Assembly (NCBI GenBank): GCA_035286585.1
Contig: DATEDC010000099.1
Span: 3,068-67,067 of the forward strand
DNA length: 64,000 nucleotides
DNA from: Anaerolineales bacterium
Lineage (GTDB): Bacteria; Chloroflexota; Anaerolineae; Anaerolineales; UBA4823
Direction of reading: 5' to 3'
Position numbers and translations under genes: made by a program. Below, in pieces: positions 35,613-44,393 of this stretch. The notes beneath the pieces were generated by a model that did not search any database, was not told the origin of the DNA, and was given only the letters and a program-made list of their open reading frames with translations. Every line of letters begins with the position of its first letter. Position 1 is the first letter of the stretch.

Positions 35613-37215
35613 TCGGCAATTTGCCGCAAGCGATAAGCCGCCTCTCCATGCCCCTCTCTTCCTGTATGGCCCCCCCGGTTCGGGAAAAAGTGCCTTGGGC
35701 AAGGCACTGGCACAGGCCCTGAATTTACCATTTTGTGACCTGGATGAGGAAATAGAAGCTCGTACCGGGCAGAGCATCGCTCAGATTTTCTCCCAGCAGG
35801 GCGAAGAGGCTTTCCGCCGGCTCGAGAGAGAAATGCTGGAAAAATACCTGGAGAGAAAAGAACGGGTGGTCGCGCTGGGCGGCGGCGCCTTGCTGGACCC
35901 CGGCTCGCGCCTCAGGGTAGAAGCTTCCGGGCGGGTGATCTGCCTGCGCGCCTCTCTCACGCTGCTGCTAGAGCGCCTGAGATCGGAGGCAGAGAGGCGC
36001 CCATTATTAGCTGGAGAGCTTTATAACCAACTGGCGGATATATTGGCCAAGCGCGAGGGGCATTACGCCTCCTTTTCCATTCAACTCGATGTGGACGGCA
36101 AATCCCCGGGTGACCTGGCCTGGCAGGCGCAGGTGCTGCTGGGGCGCTATCACCTGAGAGGCATGGCGAGCGGACTTTTCCCCGGCTGCGAAGTTCGCGT
36201 CCAGGCTGGTAGCCTGGTTGAAGTGGGTGAATGCCTGCGCATCGACGGCCTGGGCGGCCCGGTTGCTGTGGTCAGCGATGCAAACGTCGCCCGGTTGTAC
36301 GCCCCCCAGGTGATGAAATCTTTGGAGGAGACCGGTTACGCAGCCAGCCTGGTGGAGATCCCCGCAGGAGAAGAGCAGAAAAACCTGAGGACTGTTGAGC
36401 GCCTGTGGGCGAGCTTTCTGACCGTGGGGCTGGATCGCGCTGGCACGGTCGTTGCCCTGGGCGGGGGGGTGGTAGGGGATTTAGCCGGCTTTGCAGCGGC
36501 GATATACCTGCGTGGGGTAGGCTGGGTTTCTGTTCCCACCACTTTGCTGAGCATGGTGGATGCCAGCCTGGGGGGCAAAACCGGCGTCGACCTGCCGCAG
36601 GGCAAGAACCTGGTCGGTTCTTTCCACCCGCCGCGCCTGGTTTTGGCAGACCCTGATACCCTTGAGTCTTTGCCCCCCGAAGAGCTGCGCAGCGGCATGG
36701 CTGAAGCGATCAAGCATGGCTTGATCGCCGACCCCGAGCTTTTTTCGCGCTGCGCCCAGGGCTGGGATGCGGTCGCCGCGGACTGGGATTGGCTGGTGCG
36801 ACGGGCAATGGCGGTCAAAATCCAGATTATCGAAGCCGATCCGTACGAGCGCGGCCGCCGCGCGGCGCTCAATCTCGGTCACACCCTGGGACACGCCATC
36901 GAACGGGCTTCGGATTACCGCCTGCGTCATGGCGAGGCGGTGGCGATTGGCATGCTCGCCGCTGCCCGGCTGGCTGTTCGCCTGGAGATGGCCCCGGCAG
37001 AGCTGGCATCCCGGCTTGAAGCCGTCCTGCGCGGCCTGGGGTTGCCGCGGCGCATCCCGGAAAACCTGGATCGGGATAAGATCCTGGAATACATGGGTGT
37101 GGATAAAAAGCGCGCTGGCGGGAAGCCTCGCTTCGTCCTCCCTGTGGGCGTGGGCGAGGTGCGTGACGGGATCGAGGTGGACGATCCCGCCCTGATATTT
37201 GAAGAGGTAACCTGA
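35602..37215 (+). CDS. aroK/aroB: Bifunctional shikimate kinase / 3-dehydroquinate synthase
   Basis: N-terminal P-loop LYGPPGSGKSALGKALA...FCDLDEEIE (shikimate kinase). C-terminal DHQS motifs: GGGVVGDLAGFAAA, PTTLLSMVDASLGGKTGVD and LNLGHTLGHAIE. The ATG at 35602 overlaps the aroC end, and the ORF-track N-terminal extension is unlikely. Confidence 0.85.
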   Translation: MMTDRQFAASDKPPLHAPLFLYGPPGSGKSALGKALAQALNLPFCDLDEEIEARTGQSIAQIFSQQGEEAFRRLEREMLEKYLERKERVVALGGGALLDPGSRLRVEASGRVICLRASLTLLLERLRSEAERRPLLAGELYNQLADILAKREGHYASFSIQLDVDGKSPGDLAWQAQVLLGRYHLRGMASGLFPGCEVRVQAGSLVEVGECLRIDGLGGPVAVVSDANVARLYAPQVMKSLEETGYAASLVEIPAGEEQKNLRTVERLWASFLTVGLDRAGTVVALGGGVVGDLAGFAAAIYLRGVGWVSVPTTLLSMVDASLGGKTGVDLPQGKNLVGSFHPPRLVLADPDTLESLPPEELRSGMAEAIKHGLIADPELFSRCAQGWDAVAADWDWLVRRAMAVKIQIIEADPYERGRRAALNLGHTLGHAIERASDYRLRHGEAVAIGMLAAARLAVRLEMAPAELASRLEAVLRGLGLPRRIPENLDRDKILEYMGVDKKRAGGKPRFVLPVGVGEVRDGIEVDDPALIFEEVT

Positions 37216-37655
37216 TGCACAAAATCCTTGTTCTTCACGGGCCGAATCTCAACCTGCTCGGAACTCGCGAGCCGGAAGTATATGGCTCGCTGACACTGGC
37301 GGAGATCGATGAAAGACTGGTCGCCGCGGGTGAGAAACTAGGCCTGGAAATCCGCTCGTTCCAATCCAACAGCGAGGGCGCCCTGATCGATGCCCTGCAG
37401 GAGGCGCGCAACTGGGCTAGCGGGGTGATTTTCAACCCCGGCGGGTATACCCACACCTCGGTCGCCCTGCGCGATGCGGTGACCGCCATCGGCATACCGG
37501 TGATCGAGGTCCACCTGTCGAATGTCTACGCCCGGGAAGAGTTTCGCCAGCATTCGATGATCTCTGCCGCCTGCAAAGGGAAGATCGTCGGCTTCGGCTG
37601 GCGCTCTTACTGGCTGGCGCTTTACGCGCTGAGAGAAATGTTGGCAGCAACTTAG
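37215..37655 (+). CDS. aroQ: Type II 3-dehydroquinate dehydratase
   Basis: ILVLHGPNLNLLGTREPEVYG, FQSNSEGALID, NPGGYTHTSVALRDA and EVHLSN motifs. Confidence 0.9.
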   Translation: MHKILVLHGPNLNLLGTREPEVYGSLTLAEIDERLVAAGEKLGLEIRSFQSNSEGALIDALQEARNWASGVIFNPGGYTHTSVALRDAVTAIGIPVIEVHLSNVYAREEFRQHSMISAACKGKIVGFGWRSYWLALYALREMLAAT

Positions 37656-37696
37656 TTTCCGGCAGCAACTTAGTTTCTGGCGGCAACTTAGTTGCC
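37643..37696. repeat. 3 x 18-bp tandem repeat overlapping the aroQ stop codon
   Basis: GGCAGCAACTTAGTTTCC / GGCAGCAACTTAGTTTCT / GGCGGCAACTTAGTTGCC. The third unit is a perfect GGCAAC-TTA-GTTGCC palindrome. Confidence 0.8.
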
Positions 37697-37750
37697 GAGT
37701 GAATAGAGTAGGAGGCTGACAAGCGCGGAAAAACACGGAATAACCATTGC

Positions 37751-38548
37751 TTATAAGCGCACTCTATCTGCCAGGCGGAACATCGCGCGAATCGGATTGT
37801 AATCCTCGTCTCTGACCCGGGCGAAGCGCTTCAAGCGCAGGCTGGCCAAGACGCGCCGGCCTTCTATTTCAGCTTCCATGCCCAGCAGGATTTCGCGAAT
37901 CGCGGTTTTGAGCCTGTCTGGCAGCCTCTTCTGGACCACCCAGGGCGGGATGGGGCTGGGACCCCAGGTGGCAACGGTGCGAATCCGGTCTTCTACTTCA
38001 GGCTTATTTTCCAGCTCTATTTCCAGAACAGTGCTGTCGATGGCGGTGGCGTCGATCTGACCTGCTAGTAGCATCTGGAGCGCAGCCTGGTGGCTGCCAG
38101 CCTGGATGGCAGACCCAAAGTAGCCGTCGAACGCGCCCATTTGCGCCAACACATAGCGAGTCAGGTTGTAGCCGGAATGGGAGTTCGGCTCGTTGTACGC
38201 CCAGCGCACCCCGCGTAAATCTCCGAAGGATGTAAAGGGCGTCTCTCGCCGGACGATGACGTCTGAGAAGTAGACTGGCAAGTTCCGGTAGCGGGCGGGG
38301 CGCATCACCGGTGCGACCAGCAGCTCGACCTGCGCTCCAGGCTGGTCGGCTCTCTGAATGTACGGCAGCCCGCAAATCCAGGCGATATTGATCTCACCCA
38401 TGTCCAGCATTTGCTCCCTGTCTTGCCAGGGGGGCGCGTGAACGAATTCGGTGGGGATAGACAGCTTGCGCTCGAGGTAATCCGCAAGCGCGGCGCCGAT
38501 CCAATCCTGGTTGGGGGCCTGGATTGAAGTGAGCGTAATTTTCTGCAT
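37751..38548 (-). CDS. PhnD/SsuA-like periplasmic-binding-protein-fold protein without an obvious signal peptide
   Basis: From the ATG at 38548: MQKITLTSIQAPNQDW...NIAWICGLPY...YNEPNSHSGY..., which resembles phosphonate-type SBPs. The ORF-track upstream extension overlaps the next gene and lacks coding character. Confidence 0.55.
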   Translation of the reverse strand: MQKITLTSIQAPNQDWIGAALADYLERKLSIPTEFVHAPPWQDREQMLDMGEINIAWICGLPYIQRADQPGAQVELLVAPVMRPARYRNLPVYFSDVIVRRETPFTSFGDLRGVRWAYNEPNSHSGYNLTRYVLAQMGAFDGYFGSAIQAGSHQAALQMLLAGQIDATAIDSTVLEIELENKPEVEDRIRTVATWGPSPIPPWVVQKRLPDRLKTAIREILLGMEAEIEGRRVLASLRLKRFARVRDEDYNPIRAMFRLADRVRL

Positions 38549-38574
38549 GGATCGAAACACGAAAGCCAAGCCCT

Positions 38575-39132
38575 TCAGAGCAAAAACGGGATGAGCATCC
38601 TGGTGCGCTCCATGTAGCGTTCGTATACTGGACCGAAATAAGCGATGTTCTCCACTTCTTCCATCCTGGCAGTGAGCCACAGAAATAGCGTGGCCAGGCC
38701 TGCCAGGCTGAAACCCAGCCAGGATAGTTTCTTGAAAAACCCACCCCATGTAAGGAAGAGTAAGGAACTGTATAGCGGGTGGCGGATGTAGGCGTAAACG
38801 CCGGACGTCACCAGCTCGGTGGTCTTCTCGATGCCGACTAGAGCAGGATCGCGGCGTTTTTCATCCGATTTGCCTGCCTTGCGCAGGAGCTGTACTCCGA
38901 GGATAACCAAAAACAAGGAGGCGATCAGCAACACCCACGAAACGAGCTGATTGATCCTGAAGGGCTGATAGAACCAGCGATCCAGGTTCAGCAGGATCAA
39001 AGCCAGAATCGCTTCCCAGGCGAAGAAGCGGTAGAAACCGTGTGAACGAACTTTACCCAAGGAGGAGCGCGAGATCCAGGCGATCCCCAGAGAGGCGGTG
39101 AGAAATACAATGGCTTTTAGCTGAAAATTCAT
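38575..39132 (-). CDS. Isoprenylcysteine carboxyl methyltransferase (ICMT/PEMT)-family membrane protein
   Basis: 4-5 TM helices and LVTSGVYAYIRHPLYSSLLFLTWG. Confidence 0.6.
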   Translation of the reverse strand: MNFQLKAIVFLTASLGIAWISRSSLGKVRSHGFYRFFAWEAILALILLNLDRWFYQPFRINQLVSWVLLIASLFLVILGVQLLRKAGKSDEKRRDPALVGIEKTTELVTSGVYAYIRHPLYSSLLFLTWGGFFKKLSWLGFSLAGLATLFLWLTARMEEVENIAYFGPVYERYMERTRMLIPFLL

Positions 39133-39352
39133 CCTGCCTGGCTTTCGCCCGAAATCCGGCGGCGCATGAGTTCGAGATTGGCGGGGAAGAACAGATTATA
39201 TGGGCTTATTTTACCTTATTGACATGCGGATAGCCTGGTTTACAGTTGTTTCGTGTACAATAAGCCTGGTTGGTTTGAGCGCGGGGAAGGTCCCCATCAT
39301 ACCGTCAGCACACCTCAGCATGTGGAGTTTTTAGGTGACAGCTAAGACAGCT

Positions 39353-40309
39353 ATGCAGCAGCGGAGGTTAGGCAAAACCAGCATCATGGTCTCTCCCATC
39401 GGTTTAGGCGTGATGCAGTTTTCTGGAGGCTCGGGGGTGTTCAATCTTGCTTTCCCAAGACTTACCCAGGATCGAAAAAACGCCATCATCAAAGCAGCAC
39501 TGGATGGCGGCATCAACTGGTTCGACAGCGCTGAAATGTATGGCCTCGGGCGCTCGGAACGCTCACTTTCTGCCGCGCTGAAAGCTGCCAGGGCGAAAGA
39601 TAAGCAGGTGATCATCGCGACCAAGTGGCTGCCGCTATTGAGATCCGCCAGGAATATCCCCCGTTCTATCGAAAATCGACTACGCTGCCTGGATGGGTAC
39701 ACCATCGACCTGTACATGGTGCACCAGCCCTGGAGCTTATCCTCTCCGGAGGCTGAAATGGATGCCATGGCAGACCTGGTTGTAGCGGGCAAGATCCGCT
39801 CGGTGGGGGTGAGCAATTTCAGCGCGGAGAGAATGCGGCGCGCTCACCAGGCGCTGGAGAAGCGCGGCCTTCCCCTGGCAGTCAACCAGATGGAGTACAG
39901 CCTGCTGAACCGCAAGATCGAAACGGATGGTGTGCTGGAGGCCGCTAAAGAGCTTGGCGTTACCATCATCGCTTATACGCCTTTGGCGAACGGTTTGCTC
40001 TCCGGGGCGTATCACCAGCATCCCACGCTGCTTCAAGCCAAGCCGGTATATCACAGGGTAATGATCGAGCGCCAGATCGAGCGCACTCGATTTTTGATCG
40101 AGGCGCTGGAAGAGATTGCACCTCGCTACCAGGTCACCCCAGCCCAGGTGGCGCTGAATTGGGCGATCAACTTCCAGGGCGAGACGGTGGTTGCCATACC
40201 AGGGGCAAGCAAGGTGTACCAGGCTGAACAGGCCGCCGGGGCGATGAACTTTCGTTTAAGCGACGAAGAGCTGGCGCAGCTCGACCATCTCTCCCAAACC
40301 TACCGATGA
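39353..40309 (+). CDS. Aldo/keto reductase
   Basis: MQQRRLGKTSIMVSPIGLGVMQF..., DSAEMYG, DLYMVHQP and GVSNFS motifs. The alternative start is the GTG at 39335. Confidence 0.85.
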   Translation: MQQRRLGKTSIMVSPIGLGVMQFSGGSGVFNLAFPRLTQDRKNAIIKAALDGGINWFDSAEMYGLGRSERSLSAALKAARAKDKQVIIATKWLPLLRSARNIPRSIENRLRCLDGYTIDLYMVHQPWSLSSPEAEMDAMADLVVAGKIRSVGVSNFSAERMRRAHQALEKRGLPLAVNQMEYSLLNRKIETDGVLEAAKELGVTIIAYTPLANGLLSGAYHQHPTLLQAKPVYHRVMIERQIERTRFLIEALEEIAPRYQVTPAQVALNWAINFQGETVVAIPGASKVYQAEQAAGAMNFRLSDEELAQLDHLSQTYR

Positions 40310-40339
40310 TCCTGCTGCGCCAACCAGGAAGGAGAATAT

Positions 40340-40753
40340 ATGCCACACATCAGTAAAGATCATTTGATAAGTCGTTTCACAGCATTGATTCTGGGTGGGC
40401 GAGACCTGCCGAAGAAAGACCAAGACCTGCATATTCTGTTTATCAGCGCGACCCTGAGCTTAGATCCCCAACGAGAATACTCAGAAGCTGAACTGAACGA
40501 TGAGCTGCGCAAGTGGTCAGCTCAGTTCGGCGACAATTTTGCTTTGGATCATGTGACCTTACGCAGGTTTCTGATCGATGCGGGTTATCTCCGGCGCAAC
40601 ACAGCAGGTAGCGAATACCAACTCAACGCGATCGATATGCCCTATACCTACGACGAGTCGCTGAAAAACCTCGACCTTGTGAAATTGATCGAAGATGCGA
40701 AAAGGGAGCGTGAAGAGCGAAAACAACGTTACCTGAAAGAGGCTAAAGGATAG
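40340..40753 (+). CDS. DUF2087-like protein
   Basis: LPKKDQDLHILF...YSEAELNDELRKW...DHVTLRRFLIDAGYLRRNTAGSEYQL fits the DUF2087 pattern. AGGAAGGAG RBS. Confidence 0.5.
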   Translation: MPHISKDHLISRFTALILGGRDLPKKDQDLHILFISATLSLDPQREYSEAELNDELRKWSAQFGDNFALDHVTLRRFLIDAGYLRRNTAGSEYQLNAIDMPYTYDESLKNLDLVKLIEDAKREREERKQRYLKEAKG

Positions 40754-40849
40754 AGTCTGAGCCCTGTTAAGCCGAGACGCTCATCCTGTAAAGTAGTAAA
40801 TTACACCCTGGCAGTGAAGGGATAACTCGAGGTGCCTGGTTTGGGGGGT

Positions 40850-41407
40850 TCAGATCGGGATGCCTTCTTTGAAGACTATCGACCCCGGCAAGTTAACGGG
40901 AGCGGTTTTCTTCTCCAGGAGGGTAAACCCCGCATAGGCAATCGAGCCGTTTCCCACACAGTTGCCAGTCTGTACCGCCATGATCTTCCCATCCCGAATG
41001 ATGAGAACCGCGCTATTCATTTTCAGCTTCAGAAGGATATCGAATTTCAGTTTGGCCAGCCTGACACTGTTGACTACCGGCTGGAGGGTGGGGGAATGTT
41101 TAGACACCAGGGTGTGTTCCAGCAAGGGCACGTTGTGCGCACCGCCGGGTGGATTCTCCTTGCCCCGATACTGAACGATCTCGCGCTGTTTGCGCCAACC
41201 CCAGACCAGGATATCCCCGATGTCGATATCCAACGCCTCGGTGAGCTTGAGGATCATCAGCTCATAGAAGGAGGGGGGGACAGTGAAACCCTTTAACTCC
41301 TGGGCTATCCTCTGTTTCGCCTGGGCGAACTCCTTGCTTTTGGTAATGTTGGAAACCCAATCCGTAGATTCTGCCTGGGTATTGAAGAAAGTATTTAGCG
41401 TGTGCAT
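40850..41407 (-). CDS. Hypothetical protein, 185 aa, no family recognised
   Basis: ATG with GGAGG upstream. It lies 50 nt downstream of, and is co-oriented with, the repeat-containing membrane protein. The opposite-strand ORF 40832..41296 lacks an RBS. Confidence 0.45.
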   Translation of the reverse strand: MHTLNTFFNTQAESTDWVSNITKSKEFAQAKQRIAQELKGFTVPPSFYELMILKLTEALDIDIGDILVWGWRKQREIVQYRGKENPPGGAHNVPLLEHTLVSKHSPTLQPVVNSVRLAKLKFDILLKLKMNSAVLIIRDGKIMAVQTGNCVGNGSIAYAGFTLLEKKTAPVNLPGSIVFKEGIPI

Positions 41408-41457
41408 ATTTCCTCCGCTGGCAAATACGAGAATTGCTAGATAAATTGGGAACCTGT

Positions 41458-43065
41458 CTATTCCCGAGAAATGATAGACGATCCGCTCGGTTCAACGTGT
41501 TGTTCACCCTTATCCACTGTGACCTCGAAGTGGATATCGATATCCATCTTGAGCGATGGTTCCGCAAGCTCCACGCTCTGTATCCCGGGATCCACTGAGA
41601 CGATAAAGTCGATCTCAGCCGCGGGTTGGCCCGGTTTACCCCTGGGTTGGTCCGTGGGTTTTCCAGGCCTTCGCAAGAGGCGCCACGGGCCAACACCCAT
41701 GATGCCAATCGCTGCAACAGCAACAACGCCTAGGATGCCAGTCGCGGCGACAAGGAAAACGATGATGGCAATCGGCGGTAATCCAGGTGGAGGGGGCGGT
41801 GTAGAGGGGGGCGGCTGGCTGATGGGGAACACGAAGAAGGGCGCCTCGAGGCTGGCATTCTCGAATTCGAACTCGATCCTACCTTCTCCGGTGGGAGTAT
41901 CTTCAGGCAAATAAACCCCGACGATCACCTCTTCCGCTGAAATAACATCCACATGCGATACGGGGATCTCGGATCCACTGAGGTGGACGCGAATTAACCC
42001 ACCCAGATCAAGCAGGTTTTCTCCTGTCAAACGCATTTCGATTTCTGTATCTGCCTCCGCCTGAGGCGGCGCGAGATTATTTAGGGCGGGGAGCGCCGGC
42101 TCTATCGGTCCAGGTTCACGCTCGATGACGAAAAAGAAGTCCTCAAAACCAGCATTCTCAAAGATGATAGCGATCGATTGTTCACCTGGCGGCGTATCTA
42201 CGGGGAGATAGAGGACAATTTCGAGCAAATTGTCAGACATGATATTGTAGCTCGATACCGGGACGTCGAGCCCCCCGATATTTACCGCGATCAGGCTCCC
42301 CAAGTTTAATAAGCTTTCTCCTTCCAGGGTCAAGAGGAGCTCGGAGTCTACCCACCCCTCCTGGGGAAAGATGCGCCTCAGCGTAGGCGCACTCGGCTGA
42401 ACGATTTCAGGCTCGCGGGGTCTGATCAAAAAAGGGGCCGCAAAACTTGCGTTTTCGAAGAAGATGGCGATTTGGGTTTCACCGACCGGGGTTTCGCCAG
42501 GGAAGTAGACAGCGATCCGCATCGACCCTTCGGACTCGACCTGGATGTCAAACACCGGGATATCGACCTCCCCAATCAGGATACCGCCTAATTCACCCAA
42601 TTCGAAAACCCCACGCCCTTCTAAAAATAGCGTCAATTCTGAGTCCGGCAACCCCTCGCGAGGAGAGAGTTCTACAATGATGGGCGCATCTAGCGACTCT
42701 TCTCTACCCATGACGATAAAAAAAGCATCGGCTCCGAAATTTTCGAAAATGAAAGAAATCTCGGTTTCCCGGATGGCTGTACCCTCGGGAAGCGCGATTC
42801 TCACCCTGCTGTATTGGTTGGATACGGTGGTGTAATCCGAGAATGGTATCGTCTGGCCCTCGAGAAACACGTTCGTCAGACGACCAAACTCGAGAAAACC
42901 CTCTCCACTCAGCAATAGATCAACTTCCGCCCCGGCGGTCCCTCTGTACGGGTAAACCCCATGCAGAACCCATGATTGCTGGGCGAGGGAGGGTTTTACG
43001 GGCCAGGAGGTTAAAATCAAAACGAGTGCGGTGCAGACACAAACACCAAATTTTTTGAGGAGCAT
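41458..43065 (-). CDS. Single-pass membrane protein with four IPT/TIG-like beta-sandwich repeats and a ~95-aa cytoplasmic tail
   Basis: Signal peptide (MLLKKFGVCVCTALVLILTSWPVKPSLAQ; the ATG at 43065 has AAGGAG upstream). There are four ~95-aa repeats, each ending ...I(A/S)IIFENA.F...FF(V/L)I. These are followed by a poly-Pro stalk, the TM helix PPIAIIVFLVAATGILGVVAVAAIGIMGV and an acidic tail. Confidence 0.55.
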   Translation of the reverse strand: MLLKKFGVCVCTALVLILTSWPVKPSLAQQSWVLHGVYPYRGTAGAEVDLLLSGEGFLEFGRLTNVFLEGQTIPFSDYTTVSNQYSRVRIALPEGTAIRETEISFIFENFGADAFFIVMGREESLDAPIIVELSPREGLPDSELTLFLEGRGVFELGELGGILIGEVDIPVFDIQVESEGSMRIAVYFPGETPVGETQIAIFFENASFAAPFLIRPREPEIVQPSAPTLRRIFPQEGWVDSELLLTLEGESLLNLGSLIAVNIGGLDVPVSSYNIMSDNLLEIVLYLPVDTPPGEQSIAIIFENAGFEDFFFVIEREPGPIEPALPALNNLAPPQAEADTEIEMRLTGENLLDLGGLIRVHLSGSEIPVSHVDVISAEEVIVGVYLPEDTPTGEGRIEFEFENASLEAPFFVFPISQPPPSTPPPPPGLPPIAIIVFLVAATGILGVVAVAAIGIMGVGPWRLLRRPGKPTDQPRGKPGQPAAEIDFIVSVDPGIQSVELAEPSLKMDIDIHFEVTVDKGEQHVEPSGSSIISRE

Positions 43066-43160
43066 AGCGACTCCTTTAGGAGGCAACAACAGGGGACTTC
43101 GAGCGACGGAAAGGCAGTGAGGGCTGGCTGAGGGTTATTATAGTCCAGAAACGCAAATAT

Positions 43161-44387
43161 TCAGGCAGTGTTCCCTGCCAGCGACAACAGCATCTTTTTG
43201 AGGGCGATGGCGACATCGGCAAGTTTTGCGGGGTCCACCAGCTCGGGTCGATCCCGGGGTGTGTGCGTGATTTCCGCAAGCTCCAGCATGGCGCGCTCTG
43301 AGGTCAGGGCGATGGCGGGGACACCGTTCTGGACGAAAATCATGTGGTCGCCGGCGTACCAGGCTTCGCCTTCGTGCAGCTCGTTATGGTTGGCGAATGA
43401 CTGTCGGATAAGGCGGGTGAGCCCCTCCGGGCAGGCGTAGAAAGAATAGGCTGTTCCACCCTGGTGGAATCCGGCGCCGTCCAGGTTGATATTGAGCCGG
43501 ACCTGGGAGAGTCGGTCTTTATTGTGCTCCAGATATTTTACCTCCCCAATGGCTGAGTAGTAATCCTCGCCGTTGATGGCGACCAGCTCTATCCCGTTTT
43601 CACCCTGGTAATCCTGGAGAACTTCGGCTAAGAGCAGCAGGATGACCACCCCTGAGGCGTTGTCCAATGCGCCGGGAGAATCGCGCTTGGCGTCGATGTG
43701 GGCGGTGAGGACCACCTTGTGCTCGCCCTGCCCCGCTACCCTGGCGACCACGTTGCAGCCTGTGGAGGGGATGCGCCGAGCCCGGCTCTCTAAGGCGACC
43801 TCCTTACCCCCATAACGCAGCAATCTCTCACCCTGCTCGGCGGTCATATACACCGAGGGGATGTCGAAGTCGCCATCCTCGATCAGCGGGAAGGGGTACA
43901 CACCGCCTGCCATAGCGGGATCTCGCGAGGTGGCGGCAATGATCGCCAGAGGACCTTTGCTCTCCAGCAGGCTGACTGTTCGCTGGTGGTGTTCCGGGTT
44001 GTAGAAGGGGAAGTTTTTCGGCATCAACTGCTCTCTGGCTATCTCGCCTCGCAGCAGGAGGGTCTTACCGGCTATATCCATGCTTGCCAGCTCTTCCAGC
44101 GACGAGACCGCAGCCAGCGGCGCCTGGAGGCGGCATGCCAGCGAGTATGGGCTGGGGAAAGCTTGAAACCGCTCTCCGCCCGCCTCCAGGCGCGCCTCTT
44201 CCTGCTCCCAATCCAGGCAGTCGAATGGCTGATAATCAACGCGGCAGCCAAAGGAAGCCGTCCTCTCGCCGAAAAATGTAGTCGCCTGGTGGTTGCCTGG
44301 GCTGCCCACTCGGCGGTTAGATATTTCCAGGCACAGATGATTCAAATAGCGTGAGGCTTTTTGAGCCAGGTTTGCTGGCGCAGTCAT
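43161..44387 (-). CDS. M28-family zinc metallopeptidase (aminopeptidase-like)
   Basis: HIDAKRDSPGALDNASGVVILLLLAE and later INGEDYY/E motifs match the M28 metal ligand pattern. Confidence 0.75.
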   Translation of the reverse strand: MTAPANLAQKASRYLNHLCLEISNRRVGSPGNHQATTFFGERTASFGCRVDYQPFDCLDWEQEEARLEAGGERFQAFPSPYSLACRLQAPLAAVSSLEELASMDIAGKTLLLRGEIAREQLMPKNFPFYNPEHHQRTVSLLESKGPLAIIAATSRDPAMAGGVYPFPLIEDGDFDIPSVYMTAEQGERLLRYGGKEVALESRARRIPSTGCNVVARVAGQGEHKVVLTAHIDAKRDSPGALDNASGVVILLLLAEVLQDYQGENGIELVAINGEDYYSAIGEVKYLEHNKDRLSQVRLNINLDGAGFHQGGTAYSFYACPEGLTRLIRQSFANHNELHEGEAWYAGDHMIFVQNGVPAIALTSERAMLELAEITHTPRDRPELVDPAKLADVAIALKKMLLSLAGNTA

Positions 44388-44393
44388 CTTTGC

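Noticed and set aside
34976-35731. 251-aa minus-strand ORF
   Set aside because: It is antisense to aroC and the aroK/aroB start. It is Ser/Arg/Pro-rich with no domain signal, and the aro genes on the plus strand are unequivocal.
38549-38749. N-terminal extension of the PhnD-like ORF
   Set aside because: It overlaps the 3' end of the ICMT-family gene and shows no SBP homology. The ATG at 38548 gives a 26-nt intergenic gap. The shortened protein lacks a signal peptide, which I note as odd but not strong enough to report.
40832-41296. 154-aa plus-strand ORF competing with the 185-aa minus-strand ORF
   Set aside because: The minus-strand ORF has an ATG with GGAGG upstream and sits in an operon-like position behind the repeat protein. 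The plus-strand ORF has no RBS and a Gly/Arg/Gln-biased translation.
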